Assembly (NCBI RefSeq): GCF_018977255.1
Contig: NW_024704742.1
Span: 248,001-312,000, forward strand
Source of the DNA: Callorhinchus milii
Lineage: Eukaryota
DNA: 64,000 bases
Direction: 5' to 3'
The notes under the pieces were generated by a model. The model did not search any database, was not told the DNA's origin, and was given only the letters and a program-made list of their open reading frames with translations. Shown one piece after another: positions 24,861-38,641 of this stretch; positions within the stretch are counted from its first letter, which is position 1; each line of letters opens with the position of its first letter. Both the position numbers and the translations under genes were made by a program.

Positions 24861-27800
24861 GTTGGAGGGCAGACCAACTTATTATAACAATAATAACAAT
24901 AACTTACTGCTTTTTTTGCTTTCTGTAAACCCTGAGTCAGATTGGACATTAAAGCAGTGCAAAAACTTCAGCAATGCCTGCAAAGTTCAACTGAATCAAA
25001 CATTTTCATTGAATGATGTTAACTGTTTTGCCCACAAAATATACAGTCAATTCACTTTACAGTATAATCCGTGAAGCGCTTGACTTCTTGAATTCAAGGA
25101 TTATTATTATTATTATTGTGAGTTGTATTGAATGGCTGGTCCTGTTTAAAAAAAGCTATTTAGCCCATTGTCTCTGATTTTTACTGAGATTCTGTGTAAT
25201 GTATTCTTTTACAGTTTATTCCATTTTACAAATGATCTGTGAGGAAAACATTATAGAAAGAGGCAGAAAGGATTAACAGTACAATCTGAGAAGCATGGTT
25301 TATCATCATTAATTTGCAAAACTCCTATTGCAGCTCTTGTGAGATAGCTCAGGAATCTCAAATTGATAGTACTGTAGTTGATTTAATCTATTTTCTCCAT
25401 GAAGAATGGTCTTATTAGCTCTATAAGTTCAAGCCATTAATTCTGCGCAGCATAAAATGCAAAGCAAACCGTTGCCCTGATTAAGTAATGCCAGTCATTG
25501 TCGCTATACAGGTTTACAGAAAGACCCAGTTCCTATAAACAAGTTCTGTTCTGATAGATATTCTTAGCATTTTCACAACACTCATGTCAGTCTCTTCAAG
25601 AAGAACTCTGATAAGGGAAGATTCACTAATCTAATTTATTTTTGGTTGTTTACTGTGGCGTCTTTCTTTTAAAAAAAAATTCTACATATTAAAATAAATC
25701 CAGAACTTGAACACTTGCCCTTTAAAGAGATCCATTTTGTTACAAATTTTTTTAAAACAATAATAATCAGCTCAAAAGAATGAGATCTTGATGTAAATTT
25801 ATCAGACGCAGATTGGAATGAACCTGTTGCAGACAATGTTGAAGTGATTGTGATTTGAGCTTTTGTGTGCAATTCAAGGTTAACTGAGATGCTTCTGTTG
25901 AGTGCAGTGAGAGTGTCAACGTCTTGAATGTGAATGAAGCAGTTCTCAGAGAGAGAGATAAAGAAGCAGTACTGAGAGGAGTGTTCTTTTCCAGCAATAT
26001 GAATACTTTTCAGCTACTGTAGAGGTTGTCATGAAAACCATTCCCTGTTCTTATCAAGTGTATTTTGTACCTGCTGCTGGTAATAAGAATAAGAACAATA
26101 ATAATAATACTTGCATTTGAAATAGCACCTTATTACATCCTTGAATCATCTCAAAGCTCTTCACAGAATATACTGTAAAGTGAATTGACTGTATATTTTG
26201 TCGGTGAAACATGGCAATCAATTGTGCACAGCAGCGTCCCACAAACAGTGGATTGAGTTTAATGATGTTAAACTCAATCCAATGATATGATATTATTTAA
26301 TGAATCTGTACCATATTTTACATCAGACTGTTTTTTATTCCTATTTGATTCAGGGGTTACCTCTCCATAGTTAAAGCTATATTAGGTAACATTTTTTTAA
26401 ACATAATATCGAAGTATTTTTTAAATAAATCAACAAACAAATACATACATAAATAAATCCTTGAATTTGATACAGCACCTTTCATGTTGAGAAAAACGTT
26501 TATAAAGCACTTCAGAGGATTCGCTGTAAAGTCTAATAATCTTGTAGGCAAATGCGGCAGCCAATTTGTGCACAGCAATATCCCGTTGCAACATAATTGG
26601 TCTTATAATAGTAAGTAACAACCGGAATATTGCTGTATAAATATAATTTAATTAACTGGGTTTAAGCAGCCAAGTGCCTAAGTGTTTGCTGCATTTAGAA
26701 TTGGTTTGAACCATGAATATGCATCGCTCCTTTTTGATGCTTCCTTATTTCTCCTTTTCACAAGATCACAAATGAGGTTCAGATGAAGAAGACCCTTTGG
26801 TTCATTTGATCTCCTTCTTCCAAAACACCTACCGTACCATCCTCCCACCAACCTGGTTTGTTTCATCCTTATTGGTGGGCAATTTTTATTTTGTTAGACC
26901 TACACTGTGCTCGGTTATAGCATTTCTTTGATCAATGAAAAGAGAATGTTTAGCTGAGAAGCGGTCAGATTTCGGCCCTCCTCAGAATATGAAGGCTGGG
27001 AAATAAACATAATATAATAATAATCCTTGCATTTGATATATAGCCTTATCACGTCTTTGAGACGTCTCAAAGCGCTTTACAGACTATACTGTAAAATGAA
27101 TTGACTGTGTATTTTGTCAGCAAAATATCTAAGAAAAATAAACGTAGAGCCTGATATAAGGCTTAAAATTGACAAATCTCGGACTCAAAATAATTGGAGC
27201 TGAAAAGGATGCAAACTATTAGCTGGAAAAGTGGTAATAGATTGTGGCAATGTCAAATAAGGAACTCCGCTAATGTTACCAGTAATGTCAATAGTATGGT
27301 GTGGTTACTAAAGTCAGGCACAAATACTATGATGCAGTCATTTGACAAAATAAAAATTGAATTTTTGCACTATTATTTTAAGCAGGAAAATTAATAAATC
27401 AGCACATCATTGATAATAATAACAACGACAACAATAATAATAATAATAATCCTTGCATAATGATCTAGACTGGATTGTATCCATCGCAAAGATTAGTCAG
27501 TAGCATCATGAAGTCTGAATGAGAAATAGTGTTGAATTTGGCAAACAGAGATCTGCCGGGTTTGATCAATATAAATAAAGAAGCTTCAGAATCTGAATCA
27601 CTCAATCAATTTGAACCCCCCTCCCCCCATCTTGCCAATCAAATGCTAAAGTATTTTGGTGGAATTCCTCAGGGTTTTATAAAGAGAATCAAATGGACTC
27701 TTCACATTTCTAGAATGTTTCCTTATCCCCCTCCCACCATTAACATGATTGGCTTGGCACCGATACAAAATCTTGTTTGGTAAAGTCAGTTCAATCTATG

Positions 27801-28844
27801 TTCCCAGTGAAGAAATGTACCACGTAGACTAATTGCTTAAACTGGAATGTTATTGAGTTGTAAAATGGTTTAATCATCCAAAGGTAAATTCCTCTTCCTG
27901 AGATATGAACTGTCAATCGATAATCAAGGCGTGACATGGCACACAGGCTGATGTGAAGTATAAGCCCAAAGCCTAATTATGTACCATGTTACTGCTGTGT
28001 AGAGATAATGCATTTTTTTCTGAAAGCTTGCGCTCTGCCTTGTCTGTATCTGTTTGTGCCTCCATCTCTCTCACCCAATGCTCAACATTACAAGATTGGT
28101 CTTCTCACATGATAATATTGTTCTTTTGCACTCCATACTGTCAGTTCATGAGCGTGTTCGTGAGTGACTCACTTCATCATGTCGGTTCCTTGACTATAAC
28201 AGCTGTAGTTCAACCCACTCTCTCACTTTTGATTTGTCTCGCGGAATATCAACAGCTTTCATTCGATACATTAATTGTGCACCGTTTTCAATAACTGAAG
28301 CACGATATTACATTTTTTAAATTAAATTACTTTTTCTCATAAATGTGCATCAGTTTCCAATATTAAAATACCACAGTGGTGTCAGATAAACAAGGCGACC
28401 TTTTAGCACTCCTTGTGCCATGTGAAAAGCCCCACGTTGCTTCTCAAGTCTTTTTTTTTGGAATCCATGATCAGCAAAATAAACTTGATGTAGCTGTCAC
28501 TGTTTCCTGGAGCAACAACATCTAATCAACCTGACTGTTGAGCACACTGCTGGGCATGTATCCAAGTCAATGCAACAAGATTCCCGCTCATCATCATAAG
28601 AGATGTTAACATCTTTCTCTGAAGTCTAACTCTCACTCTCACTTTAGGACTATTTTGAAATACTACAAATCACAAGAGAGGTTTGGATGAAACAGTCACT
28701 TTGGCTTATTCCAGTTCATCCTTTCACATGATCAACCATAACAATTTTCAGTCATAGCACCAAACTGTTTCTTAAGTGAGACTAGTGTCCTGGCCTCTGT
28801 CACCTCCTGGTAACCTGTTGCACATTTTAATAGGGATATAAAAA

Positions 28845-29220
28845 TAATCCACGCATTTGATATACGACTTATAACAATGAAACATCTGAGTGCTTCACGT
28901 GTAATTGCTATAATGCCTACCTATTTGTGGATAAAGGTGGCAGCAATTTTGCACATATTAAGGCCCCACAAACATCTATGAAGTGATCGACAAATTTCAA
29001 ATATTGTTATGCAAATATTGATGTTTAACTTCCACCTGGACAGGCAGACAGCACCTCGGTTTAATAGCTAATCAGAAGGATAACACCTCCGCCAATACAG
29101 TGCTCCCCCAGGAGTGTCAACCTGAACTATGAACTCAAGTCCCAGACGAGGGTTTAAACCTCACAATGTCTGAGCCAGAGGTGCAGTGAGAATACTACCA
29201 ACTAAGCAAAGCTGACATCT
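28845..29220 (-). mobile_element. Deu-type SINE, diverged
   Basis: Reverse complement of the 22.3 kb and 33.3 kb family, with head and tail. Confidence 0.65.
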
Positions 29221-29419
29221 CGATTGCTCTCTGGGTAAAGAAATACTTGGGTCTCTCTCTTAACACAACCACTAACATGTGCCCTTTGTCCTGCTGCCAG
29301 TGCACATCTGATAGTACTGTTCTACGTTTACTTTCTCTTTTCATTAAGCATTTCTATAACATTTCTTTTTCAGGCTGGTTGACAAGTTCAGCAACACCCT
29401 TCTGAAGAAGCCAGAGCTG

Positions 29420-29450
29420 TATATATATATATATATATATATACATATAT
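29420..29450. repeat. (TA)n microsatellite
   Basis: Directly visible in intron 4, close to the exon 4 donor. Confidence 0.9.
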
Positions 29451-29497
29451 AACCTCACACTGTTCCTGCTCTCTGTTTGAAAATCAATACTGCGTAC

Positions 29498-29662
29498 CTT
29501 GCTGCAAGGCGCAATCCAGTAACCAATCGCGAAGAATGGGATTCCAATGGCAACAACAAGCACAACTAGGCATTTCATAGCGATCGGCTGCTCCCGTAAT
29601 CCTGAGAGGTTTTCATACCAGATTGTGAGTAGCTGCTGTTGGCAATTTGGATGGGCAACAAA
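29498..29662 (-). CDS. TRPC3: TRPC3 exon 4 ([25 protein letters not shown]...YWIAPCSK)
   Basis: ccacatag|TTT ... AAG|GTACG; 165 nt. Confidence 0.96.
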
Positions 29663-30045
29663 CTATGTGGAACAAACAGAACGGGGTTGTATTAGGTCAT
29701 CTCATTCAAAGAAAACTTTCAGTGGACTAATTCAGCACTGGCTCAGTGGGTAAATACACTGCACGGTGTAGTGCTGAACCATCGAACAGGAATGCCTTAG
29801 GTTCATCCCATTGAGTTAGCTGATCACAGCCAAAACCAGAGAAGTAAATGTCTTTGCAAATGGCCTGTGTCCCGAGGCAAAGAAACTAAGCTCTTCAGTG
29901 ATCCCTGCTGGAATGTACGTACATGGGCTTAAGATATGACTGGCTTGTTTGTGATGGCCCTATTCTTAAATACAATGATGATGTTATAATAATAATAATC
30001 CTTGCATTTGAAATCGTGCTTTGTCACGTTGTCAAGATGGCTTAG

Positions 30046-30441
30046 CAGTGACAGAGCCAGTGGGGGGTTAGGGGGGGGTTTGACCTCCCCCCCCTATTAC
30101 ATTAAGGTCGGCCAATGTTGTATGTCAGACGACAAAAACTGACTGCAAATAATTTCTCACTTTTAAACTCCTGATCGTGATTACGTTGTCGTTTTGGGTC
30201 TGACATGAACGTCGGTGGCATTGAGGGGACGTCATTGTGGCTGTGCTGTGCGTAGCTGTGAAGCATTAGGTCTCCCGTCCCGAGAATGGCAGACGAGCAG
30301 AGCTGCTCACAGAGGGCACTGCTTATACACTGGAAATAAACAACTAAACATGATCGAGCCACGATTGGCCATATTTGGCTGATTTGGCCGCTGGTCAAGT
30401 CGACCCCCACCCCCCAATACTGTGACCTTAGCTCCGCCTTG
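30046..30441. mobile_element. Non-autonomous DNA transposon (MITE), hAT-like
   Basis: Imperfect TIRs CAGTGACAGAGCCAG / TTAGCTCCGCCTTG; degenerate 8-bp TSD tggcttag / tgtctcac; interrupts a SINE tail. Confidence 0.65.
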
Positions 30442-30599
30442 TGTCTCACAGCACTTAAATATCACCTAACTTGTGATTCCCCAAACATGACTAAAGTGTG
30501 GAAAAAAGCCTAGAGAGCAAACCATGACAGTACTTGACAGCAAACAGTGTGTCGCAAGCTTGGCTGTTAGAAGGCCCCAGGCACTGAAAGTTAACGTAC

Positions 30600-30788
30600 C
30601 TTTTTGACTTCATACTTAATGGCCAGTTTGACCCGGGTTAAACCTGCTCTGTGACAATGCTGTCCATCTTCTTGCTCAGCTTCCACATCACCGTTCAGAA
30701 TAGCTTCCACTTCCTCCGTGTCCCGGCACAGGTCGAGAACGCCAACAACAAAGTCTTTACATTGCATAGATAATTTGCGGTAGTCATT
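30600..30788 (-). CDS. TRPC3: TRPC3 exon 3 ([23 protein letters not shown]...[10 protein letters not shown])
   Basis: tgttttag|AAT ... AAG|GTACG; 189 nt, phase 0-0; read manually, absent from the ORF track. Confidence 0.96.
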
Positions 30789-33249
30789 CTAAAACAGACA
30801 AAAAACAAGTAAAGACAGTCCTGAAACAACTGGTTTTCCAAAGCCCATGCCTGTAAAAACTGAAAAACAATTAATAAAAGAAAATCAGGATACCTTCCCT
30901 CTCCTTTTTAACATTTTTTCTCCGCTTTTGATGCCTGTATGCCACAAACGGAGTCCCAATTCGAAGTGACTGAGGATGGAGTGAGTAGGAAGGTGGCCTT
31001 TCCCAGGCATCAGTGAATGCCGCCTTGCAATGAGATTCAGACTCATTTTGTGTAAGTTTCCTCAATTGTTTCATGCTCAGATGTTCTCTGTGTGTCTTTC
31101 AGGAAAGGGACTTGCTATTACTTGGCACATCCTTCTAATGTAACGTTAAGATCTTTTCACGTCGGGAGGACGTCCAAAAGCGCTTCAAAGAATATACAAT
31201 AAAGTGGAGTGACTGTGTGTTTTGTGGGCAAACCCGGCAGCCAATTCGCGTTCCACTGAGTTGGGCAATTCATTGTGCTTTGAACTCCAATGCAGGCATG
31301 AAATCACACCCAGTATTCTGTGGGGCCAGCCTATTAATACACCATTTCTAATAGTGTAAATAATGTTGCTAAATCTGCTTTGTGTGGGATGAGGTGGTAT
31401 TCACATTGCTTTTTCTGTGTACTTAGAACTGAGTTTTACTTATGAAGTTACAGTATTTTGCGAAAAGACGTAGCTTTTTCTAAATTTATAATATCACTTA
31501 TTATTTATAACAGCTTACTTTTCACACTATCAAATATCATTAGGTAAGAAACATTAAATGTATGTTTACACTCTGCAGCAAAACTGAATTAAATGGCAAG
31601 AAGACATTTAGAATTGCACAAAGGTTGGTTTGCAAGATCCGGAAACGTGATGTGTAAAACTCAGCACGCCTTCAAACTGAATCCACTTGATGACCCAACA
31701 ACAGGGGGAAAATTGTGAGGTGTGATGTGAACATTTTCATGTTTGATGTGAACAGTGCTAATTACATTATTGAAACTTGTGGTCAAGGTCAGTCTATAAT
31801 TATCCTCAGGCTTCTCCAGCTACAGCACAACGGTTGGACCCAAAGCATCCAGCAGCTAGCGTTGGAGTTATATCTGAGTGCTGATTCCCAGGATACCAAC
31901 TGGACACAACAAAAATCTGTATCCTGACATTTCACACCTACTAACTCCAACAGTGGTCTGCAATGGTTTCAGGCCAGTCCTGCAGACCAGTTGATAATTA
32001 TTGACTGTCCCGACTCCAACTGTCAACATTGTGACAATTACCACCAGTTTCTGTCAATCAGTTGTTGTTCCATCTGTATTGTAATGGTGTACAGTAAAGG
32101 CACCTTTCATTAACAATGGTAACTCAAGCATTGCAACCAAAGCCAATAAGAGGAGATAGCAATAAGAGGAGATAGCACTGTGTGATGCCTACTGGGATGT
32201 TGCAGATCTTATTCTTTGCAGTTAGGTATTCTTGGCATTTCAACATTTTCTGAATATTAGCTATCAAGTAGTTCCGAGTAGATGTGTATATCAGGAGAGG
32301 TGACTGGATTGTGAACAAGAGCGGGTACTGTGCTTAATTCCCCCTCCTTATCCCAAAGCTGCTGACGCAAACCTAGAGCTGAGATCCAATAAAACTCGTT
32401 CAGTTTTACATGAGGGACAGCCTTCACCTACTCAGTCTTTTGGGAGATTATTTGTATTTTATGAACAATCTAGAGGTACTCAGAACGGCAAATCTCGCAC
32501 AATAAAAGGTCAGCCGTTGCATGGTAAGATGTCACTCACTCATCCGACCTTGGGAAGGAACTGAGCTCAGTCAATATCCTTCCCCACATGACCTGAGGGA
32601 GTGCCACTGTGGGTCACCCTTGCTCTAGTCAATCACAGTAATGTTTTCAGAGGCTTGAAGTAGGTTGCCTCCTGCTCTCTCACCTGGGATTTAGTATGTG
32701 GCATTTGGGTGACCTAAAAGAGGGGAAGAGGAGAAAATATAAAATAACTGATAAAAGACATTAACGCTCACCGAAGATGTCACGATGTGTGGACCTTTTA
32801 CCATTTCAACTTTCTTGTTTTTTAGCTAGAAAAAAAGATAACGAAAAGGCTTTAACATCCTAACCGTAGCGTCATGACATTGAATAGGTGCAGTTAGAGT
32901 TAACATTTTGATATCTTTGTAATTTGTCATCCCTATATATCATGTAATTCAACAATCTCCACTTCCTGTTAGGAACGTGTGAAAGAACATGCATTATGAC
33001 TCGACTGCAAAAGAAAAGTGCAAACCTGTAACACCCTGAATGTGAATAAATAGCATTACAAAAAAGAATAACTTGTGCACAAAATATATTCATAAAAAAT
33101 ACAGTTCCACATTTTCAATAGATCCATACATTTCTCCAAGCCTAAATATGAATCATTGTATAACAAATCTTTTTTAAAAAATGCACAAATAATTCCATCC
33201 ACATGCATGATCCACAGGAGCAGGAAATATAGGTTGTGAGTTTTAGTGT

Positions 33250-33628
33250 GTGTCAACCTGGCTCAGTGGCAGGACTCTAGCCTCTGGGTCAGACGGTAGT
33301 GGGTTCAATCCTTACATCGGGACTTGGACTCACACAGTCTAAGCTGAGACTCCAATGCAATGCTGTCAATGCTGGGGGTGCTTTAAAATCCCTTGGCGCT
33401 ATTTGAAAAGAAAAGGGAATATCTGCCGGTGTCCTGGCCAACAATCCCATAATAGAAGTTAATTATTCATTTCATGGCGGTTTGTGGGACATTGCTTTGT
33501 GTAATTGGGCTCCTCCATTCGCCTACAAGTAAACAGTCGCTCCACTTCACCATAAATCCTGTGAAATGCTTTGGACATCTTCCCACGTGAAAGGCACTAT
33601 ACCAAATGCAAGGATTATATTTTTATTA
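33250..33628 (+). mobile_element. Older Deu-domain-type SINE, near full length
   Basis: tRNA-like head (TGGCTCAGTGG...GGTTCAATCC), Deu-like middle (GGTGTCCTGGCCAAC...TTTGTGGGACATTGCT) and L2-type tail. The family call is from recalled consensus. Confidence 0.7.
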
Positions 33629-34901
33629 TCATTCAGTCTTGGAATTTGTTGGCCGAATGTCCTTCTGTATTCAGATCTAAAATTACTTAATTAAAAGCAA
33701 TTTAGCTTACTATTACATGCCTAGAGCTAATCTTATTAAAAAATATTAAAGAGACATTTAAAGCCAATAACATTGCCAATGCAAGTGCCAGGAACTGCCC
33801 TAGCTAAATATAGATTGAAATAATTTTATGCTTTACCCATTATTTTCCTTCTTGGACATTAAGCATAATCTTCTTTAGCAGCTGAGGGATGACGAAAAGA
33901 CAGGTCATTGACATCTCTGCCATGATAACCGCTCTTTCCTCAGATATTACGAGGAGCACCTGCTGATCTCAAACCACCAGCTAGTCTGAATCTACTGCCT
34001 GGCGTCTGAGATTAATTGGTCTGTTACTGCACCTATCACACCTTGCAAGCAGCCTGCAAGCTGACAGTTCCTCAATACCCTAACATTTGGAACCTGCGTG
34101 AAACTCACGATTAGAAGTAATTAAAAAGATCCCCGGCAATTGTGTGATAAAGCTTTGACAGCGTATTTTGCTTTTATCAGTGCTTGTTGAAACTCAGCAG
34201 AGAAGGTTGTTTGGGTTATTCCCTCTTGTTCATCTACAACAACAGTAACTTGCCATTCATGCGGGGAAGCATCTCTGAGCGCTTGGGTTTATAGGGTTAA
34301 TAATCCCCCCTTTACTTTTTGGCTCAGGAAGCATCCTCTCATAGAATTACTGTAAAGGTTTCCATATTGATGCTTCAACCTCACCAGAACCCAACTCTCC
34401 TGAAAAAATATTCTACTCAATAGCTGTTAATTAAAAAGACGTGTAATGTTCAATCAGCAGCCAGGGCAATTTGGTCCATCATTAAATGGTCAACGGAAAG
34501 TGTGATAGATCACAGTCTGAAATGATAATGTGTTTCATAGTGAACTTCACCACGACATACAGGGCATTATTGTTGTTATTACTTTAATTTGGGGCAGCCA
34601 TGAGAAACTCAGAAAGCAGATCAGGCTAACATGCCTCTGGTGTTGCTAACATCCAATTACAAAGTATTCATATTATTCACCAGGCCACCAGAGTCCACTG
34701 TAGAAGTGCAGTAAAACCCACATATGTTGTATCAGTCGGGACCTTAACATTTAATATGACTAACGCAAAGTATGAGTTACAGGCAAACTTAATCAATAAT
34801 CTATACTGTGCATTAAGTGCACATTTAACGATGGGTCAAGACTTCATTTACCTCAATTCAATGTAATCAGTAAGTGCGGTTATGGTGTTATGAGTTAGGA
34901 G

Positions 34902-35240
34902 ATAATAATAATAATAATAATAATCCTTGCATTTGATATAGCGCTTTTCACGTCGGAAGGACGTCCCAAAGCGCTTCACAGAACACACTGTAAAGTGAAT
35001 TGACTGTATATTTGTGGGCGAACGCGGCAGCCAATTGCGCACAGCAATGTCCCACAAACAGTCGTAGATTGAAAATGACCAATTTTTTTTTATTATTGTT
35101 TTTTGGTTTTTTTGGAGGGATTATTATTAGGCTCTGTGTGGAGTAAGGAAACTTGCCCAAGGTTTCGCCCTCTGCCTGGAATTGAACTCAGGTCTCTCGC
35201 TTGCAAAGCGAGTGCTCTAACCACTGAGCTGCAGGACTCC
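34902..35240 (-). mobile_element. Young tRNA-derived SINE, full length
   Basis: Same family and structure as 18405-18728. Confidence 0.92.
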
Positions 35241-36404
35241 ACAAATTCTATTCCACTGGCATAGATGATTTGCATAAGATTTAGGATGTATTTGGGCCCG
35301 AGAAACCATTACGATTTAGTGGTTTATCCAATTTATAAAATACAACTAGTGCAAAGAAATTTATGTGGGTTTTGATAGGAAACTGAATTCGACTCAGGTA
35401 AATGTACAACTTAGGTGATTATACAATTTATAAAGATAAAACTTAAGTGAGATTTACTGTAGATATGTTCATTTTATTGATTTCCTATTGATTTGAGAAT
35501 GTATGTTGCAGAATGTGAAGTAGGATGTGCAATTTCTGGCAATGTGTTTGTATCTTTCATGGTAAGGTCCATCTCACAATCAAATGGCTGAACCTTTGTC
35601 CGATTCATTCTATGAGTGCAGAATATTCTGTGAAGAACCATTGTAAAATCCCACATGTAAATAAACAAAGTCTTGCGAGGCTAGATATGCCTGAGAACAA
35701 AGCTTTCAGAAACAGGGCTGGTTTATTTTGCAAGCATATACACTGGCAAGGACGACTCTGCTCAGACCAAAGGATACTACTGTACTGCAAGAATTAGTGC
35801 TCTGGATAATATATCTGCTATTCCATTGTGTATGAGATTCATTACCATTTCAATTGGGAATTGAAGAAAGATGAAAAGAGCTTTTCCAACCCGTGCAGTA
35901 TTGTAAACTCTATTACCCTGAGGTGCAACTCCTCAAAAAAGGTAAAAGGTAACTACAGTTCAGTCTCTACAAATCCCGTGTCATATTTTGAATCACAAAC
36001 TGAACTGTGGATGCATTTTCTGATCCACAAATTTTAATTATATGTGACTGAACAACACATCCATTTTGAGGTGGTGCAGCCTACATAGAACCTTTAATAT
36101 TTTCTTCAGGTTTGCATTGTGACACTGAAACAACACATCTCCTTCCTCAGTGAGTCCTGATGGCACTTTGCAATTGGATGTTAGCAACACCAGAGGCATG
36201 TTCGCCTGATCTGCTTTCAAAAATTGTCTCATTCATCTGTCTCTTTGCCTTCATTTTACAGGTAGTCTGGCTTCTGGATCGATCTACATCCTGCTCTATT
36301 GCTGGATGAACATGTCATCCTGCAATACGAGGTAATTAAGCAAACAAACAGTGTGTTGAATCACTAAAGAGGCATTATCATTAACTAAACATTTCTGCAA
36401 TTAT

Positions 36405-36512
36405 CCTTATGGATCTGAATTTGGAGTTGAGGTATAGATCAGCCATGATCTAATAGAATGGTGTAACAGGCTTGAGGGGCTGAATGTCCTACATATTTTC
36501 ATATGTTCCTAT
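36405..36512 (+). mobile_element. CR1-type 3' tail
   Basis: AGATCAGCCATGATCTAATAGAATGG...GGCTTGAGGGGCTGAATG...TATGTTCCTATG, typical of a chondrichthyan CR1 3' UTR (recalled). Confidence 0.7.
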
Positions 36513-37139
36513 GAGCCACAAATATCTGCCCCAAATAGACCAAAGGCAATGGGTAGCTACTTAATGCTAACATATTAAACAACAATTTGTTACAATCCCA
36601 TAGCCCCCTTACGCTATTCTCCTTCCATTATGCCAAGTTTTTTCTTCTGACCAAAGAACTTTGTTGATATATTTTTCATCAGTTCCAGGATTTCAGTCAG
36701 TGAATGGACATTCTGCTTGGCAAAGGTTGATATCCAATCCCATTACGACTTATGAACTATCTTTTAAGGTGTTCCTTATGGTTGTTCAAATATGGAGTAC
36801 TTCATCAATATAGATTCTTGTTCAGAACTATCTAACCTTGCACTAAATCTCCCTCCTAGTGGACTAGAGGTTTTAACATTTCTTGCTCAACTAATTTCTA
36901 GCTTTGGTTATTAATTCTGAAACCCTAGCAAAATGCCTAATACCAAATCAACTGCTTTCAGCCATTATAATAATCAATTTTGGTTATCCATCTATATAAA
37001 TGGTAAACAGTCTATGTCTCAATATTTCTAGGAAGACTCAACCTCTTGCACTGGAGTCGAAACTTGCTTGTTAAATCCCTTCTGACATTCCTGATCCTAG
37101 TTGTTATTTATATTCCCAATTTTGCTTCTCCATAAAATG

Positions 37140-37765
37140 GTCCTCCGCGCATTCATAACATCGAGGCTCGACTATGCGAACTCCCTGCTTGTCAGCTCCC
37201 CAACTCCTCCCTCCACACACTGCAGATCATCCAGAACTAAGTCTGCAGCCCGTGTCCTCTTCCACACCAGGGTCTGTGACCCTATCACCCCCACCCTTGC
37301 CCGACTCCATTGGCTTCCCATCACCCAGGGGGTACAGTTTAAGCTCCTGGTCTTCACCTTCAAAGCCCTCCATGGTCTTGCTCCCCTCTACCTCTGTGAC
37401 CTCCTAACCCCCTATCAACCTGCTCGCTCCCTCCGCTCAGCAGGCTCCTGCCTGCTTCACGTCCCCCGGCTTGCCCACCCCACCATTGGCGAGCATGCCT
37501 TCAGCCACTCTGCCCCCACCCTTTGGAACTCCATCCCTCAGTCCCCCCGCCTCGCCCCCTCCTCCGCCTCCTTCAAGACCCATCTCAAGACCCTCCTCTT
37601 CGACCATGCTTTCAATCATCCTCCTTCCCCACTGCCCTCCACCCTCCCCAATCCCAACCCCCAGCTCGGGTCCGAAACACTAACACTCCAGCTCCTTAGA
37701 ACATTCACCTGATGTGAAAGGTGCTTTACAAATGTAATTTTGTTGTTGTTGTATTAGTTGTTGTT
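37140..37765 (+). mobile_element. L2 LINE 3' end (ORF2 C-terminus, 3' UTR, (TTG)n tail)
   Basis: AFITSRLDYANSLL...LHWLPITQGVQFKLLVFTFKALHGLAPLYL...APTLWNSIP...FKTHLKTLLF. Confidence 0.93.
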
Positions 37766-37863
37766 GCAAGGATTATTATTATTATTATAAAGTTTCCAAC
37801 TTTGCTAAAGTTAAAGCAAAACATGTCCATTTCGATGGATATTTAAGAAGTCGTAAAACTTAC

Positions 37864-38641
37864 CTTGAATTCTTTTTCAATATTTGCCAACTTGGCCAGT
37901 TCATTACTGAGTTCCAGTGCAGTATGTACTGGATCCTCACTGGACAAAGATAAGTAAGCAGGGCTCGCTAATCCTTTATAAGCATTGATCCTGGATCTGG
38001 AATGGCTAAAAGAATCGTTCTTTTGTTTCTCCACACATTCATTGCATTTGCAGAAATAGTCGTGAGGTCTTTCAATCCGCGCTCCTTTCATCAGCAGCAT
38101 GTGCACCACTTCGTATTTCTGGCAGTGAGAAGCCAAAATGATTGGGGTGATGTCTGGCGAAAATCTGGTGCCATCTTCGTCGTAGGAGTAAAAATCATCA
38201 TCCTGCAGCTCTTGTTCACAGGGACTGAGGGTCAGACGTTTACTGTGAATAAATGCGGAATGGTTCAAAATTGCTTCGACTATTCGGATGTATCCTTTAC
38301 TGATGGCTAGTAACAGAGCATCTCCAATTCGAGCCAGGTTATCTCTCTTCAGAAGAAGCTCTGTGACTTCCAAGTGTTCGTTCCCAACTGCCAGCTGAAG
38401 GGCATTCTGGCCCATATAATCAACACAATTAACATTTAAAGTCTTGGTCTCCTCCAGCATCCTCCGGATAACAGGGATGTTCCCGTACTCAGCCGCATCC
38501 AGAAAGCGTTCCTCCTCCGGAGATAGGCTTGTACCTCTGTCGTTGAACATAAACGCTGGACCTCGGATGGCCTGTCTCCTTCCCTTCTCCCTCATCGCTG
38601 TCATTCTCCGCTGCATTACTGTTGGATTACTCACACTTTGC
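37864..38641 (-). CDS. TRPC3: TRPC3 exon 2 (ankyrin repeats and TRP_2 region)
   Basis: Acceptor ctctctatctcttag|G, donor AAG|GTAAGT; encodes [23 protein letters not shown]...LANIEKEFK; 778 nt. Confidence 0.97.

Noticed and set aside
26955..26990. Minus-strand CTGAGGA-GGGCC-GAAA hammerhead-like string
   Set aside because: Stem II is only about 1 bp and no stem I or III pairing is evident.
35165..35240. Apparent tRNA genes (also at 4.1, 18.7, 40.4, 57.0, 61.0, 62.2 kb)
   Set aside because: SINE heads: no proper acceptor stem and continuous with the SINE body.
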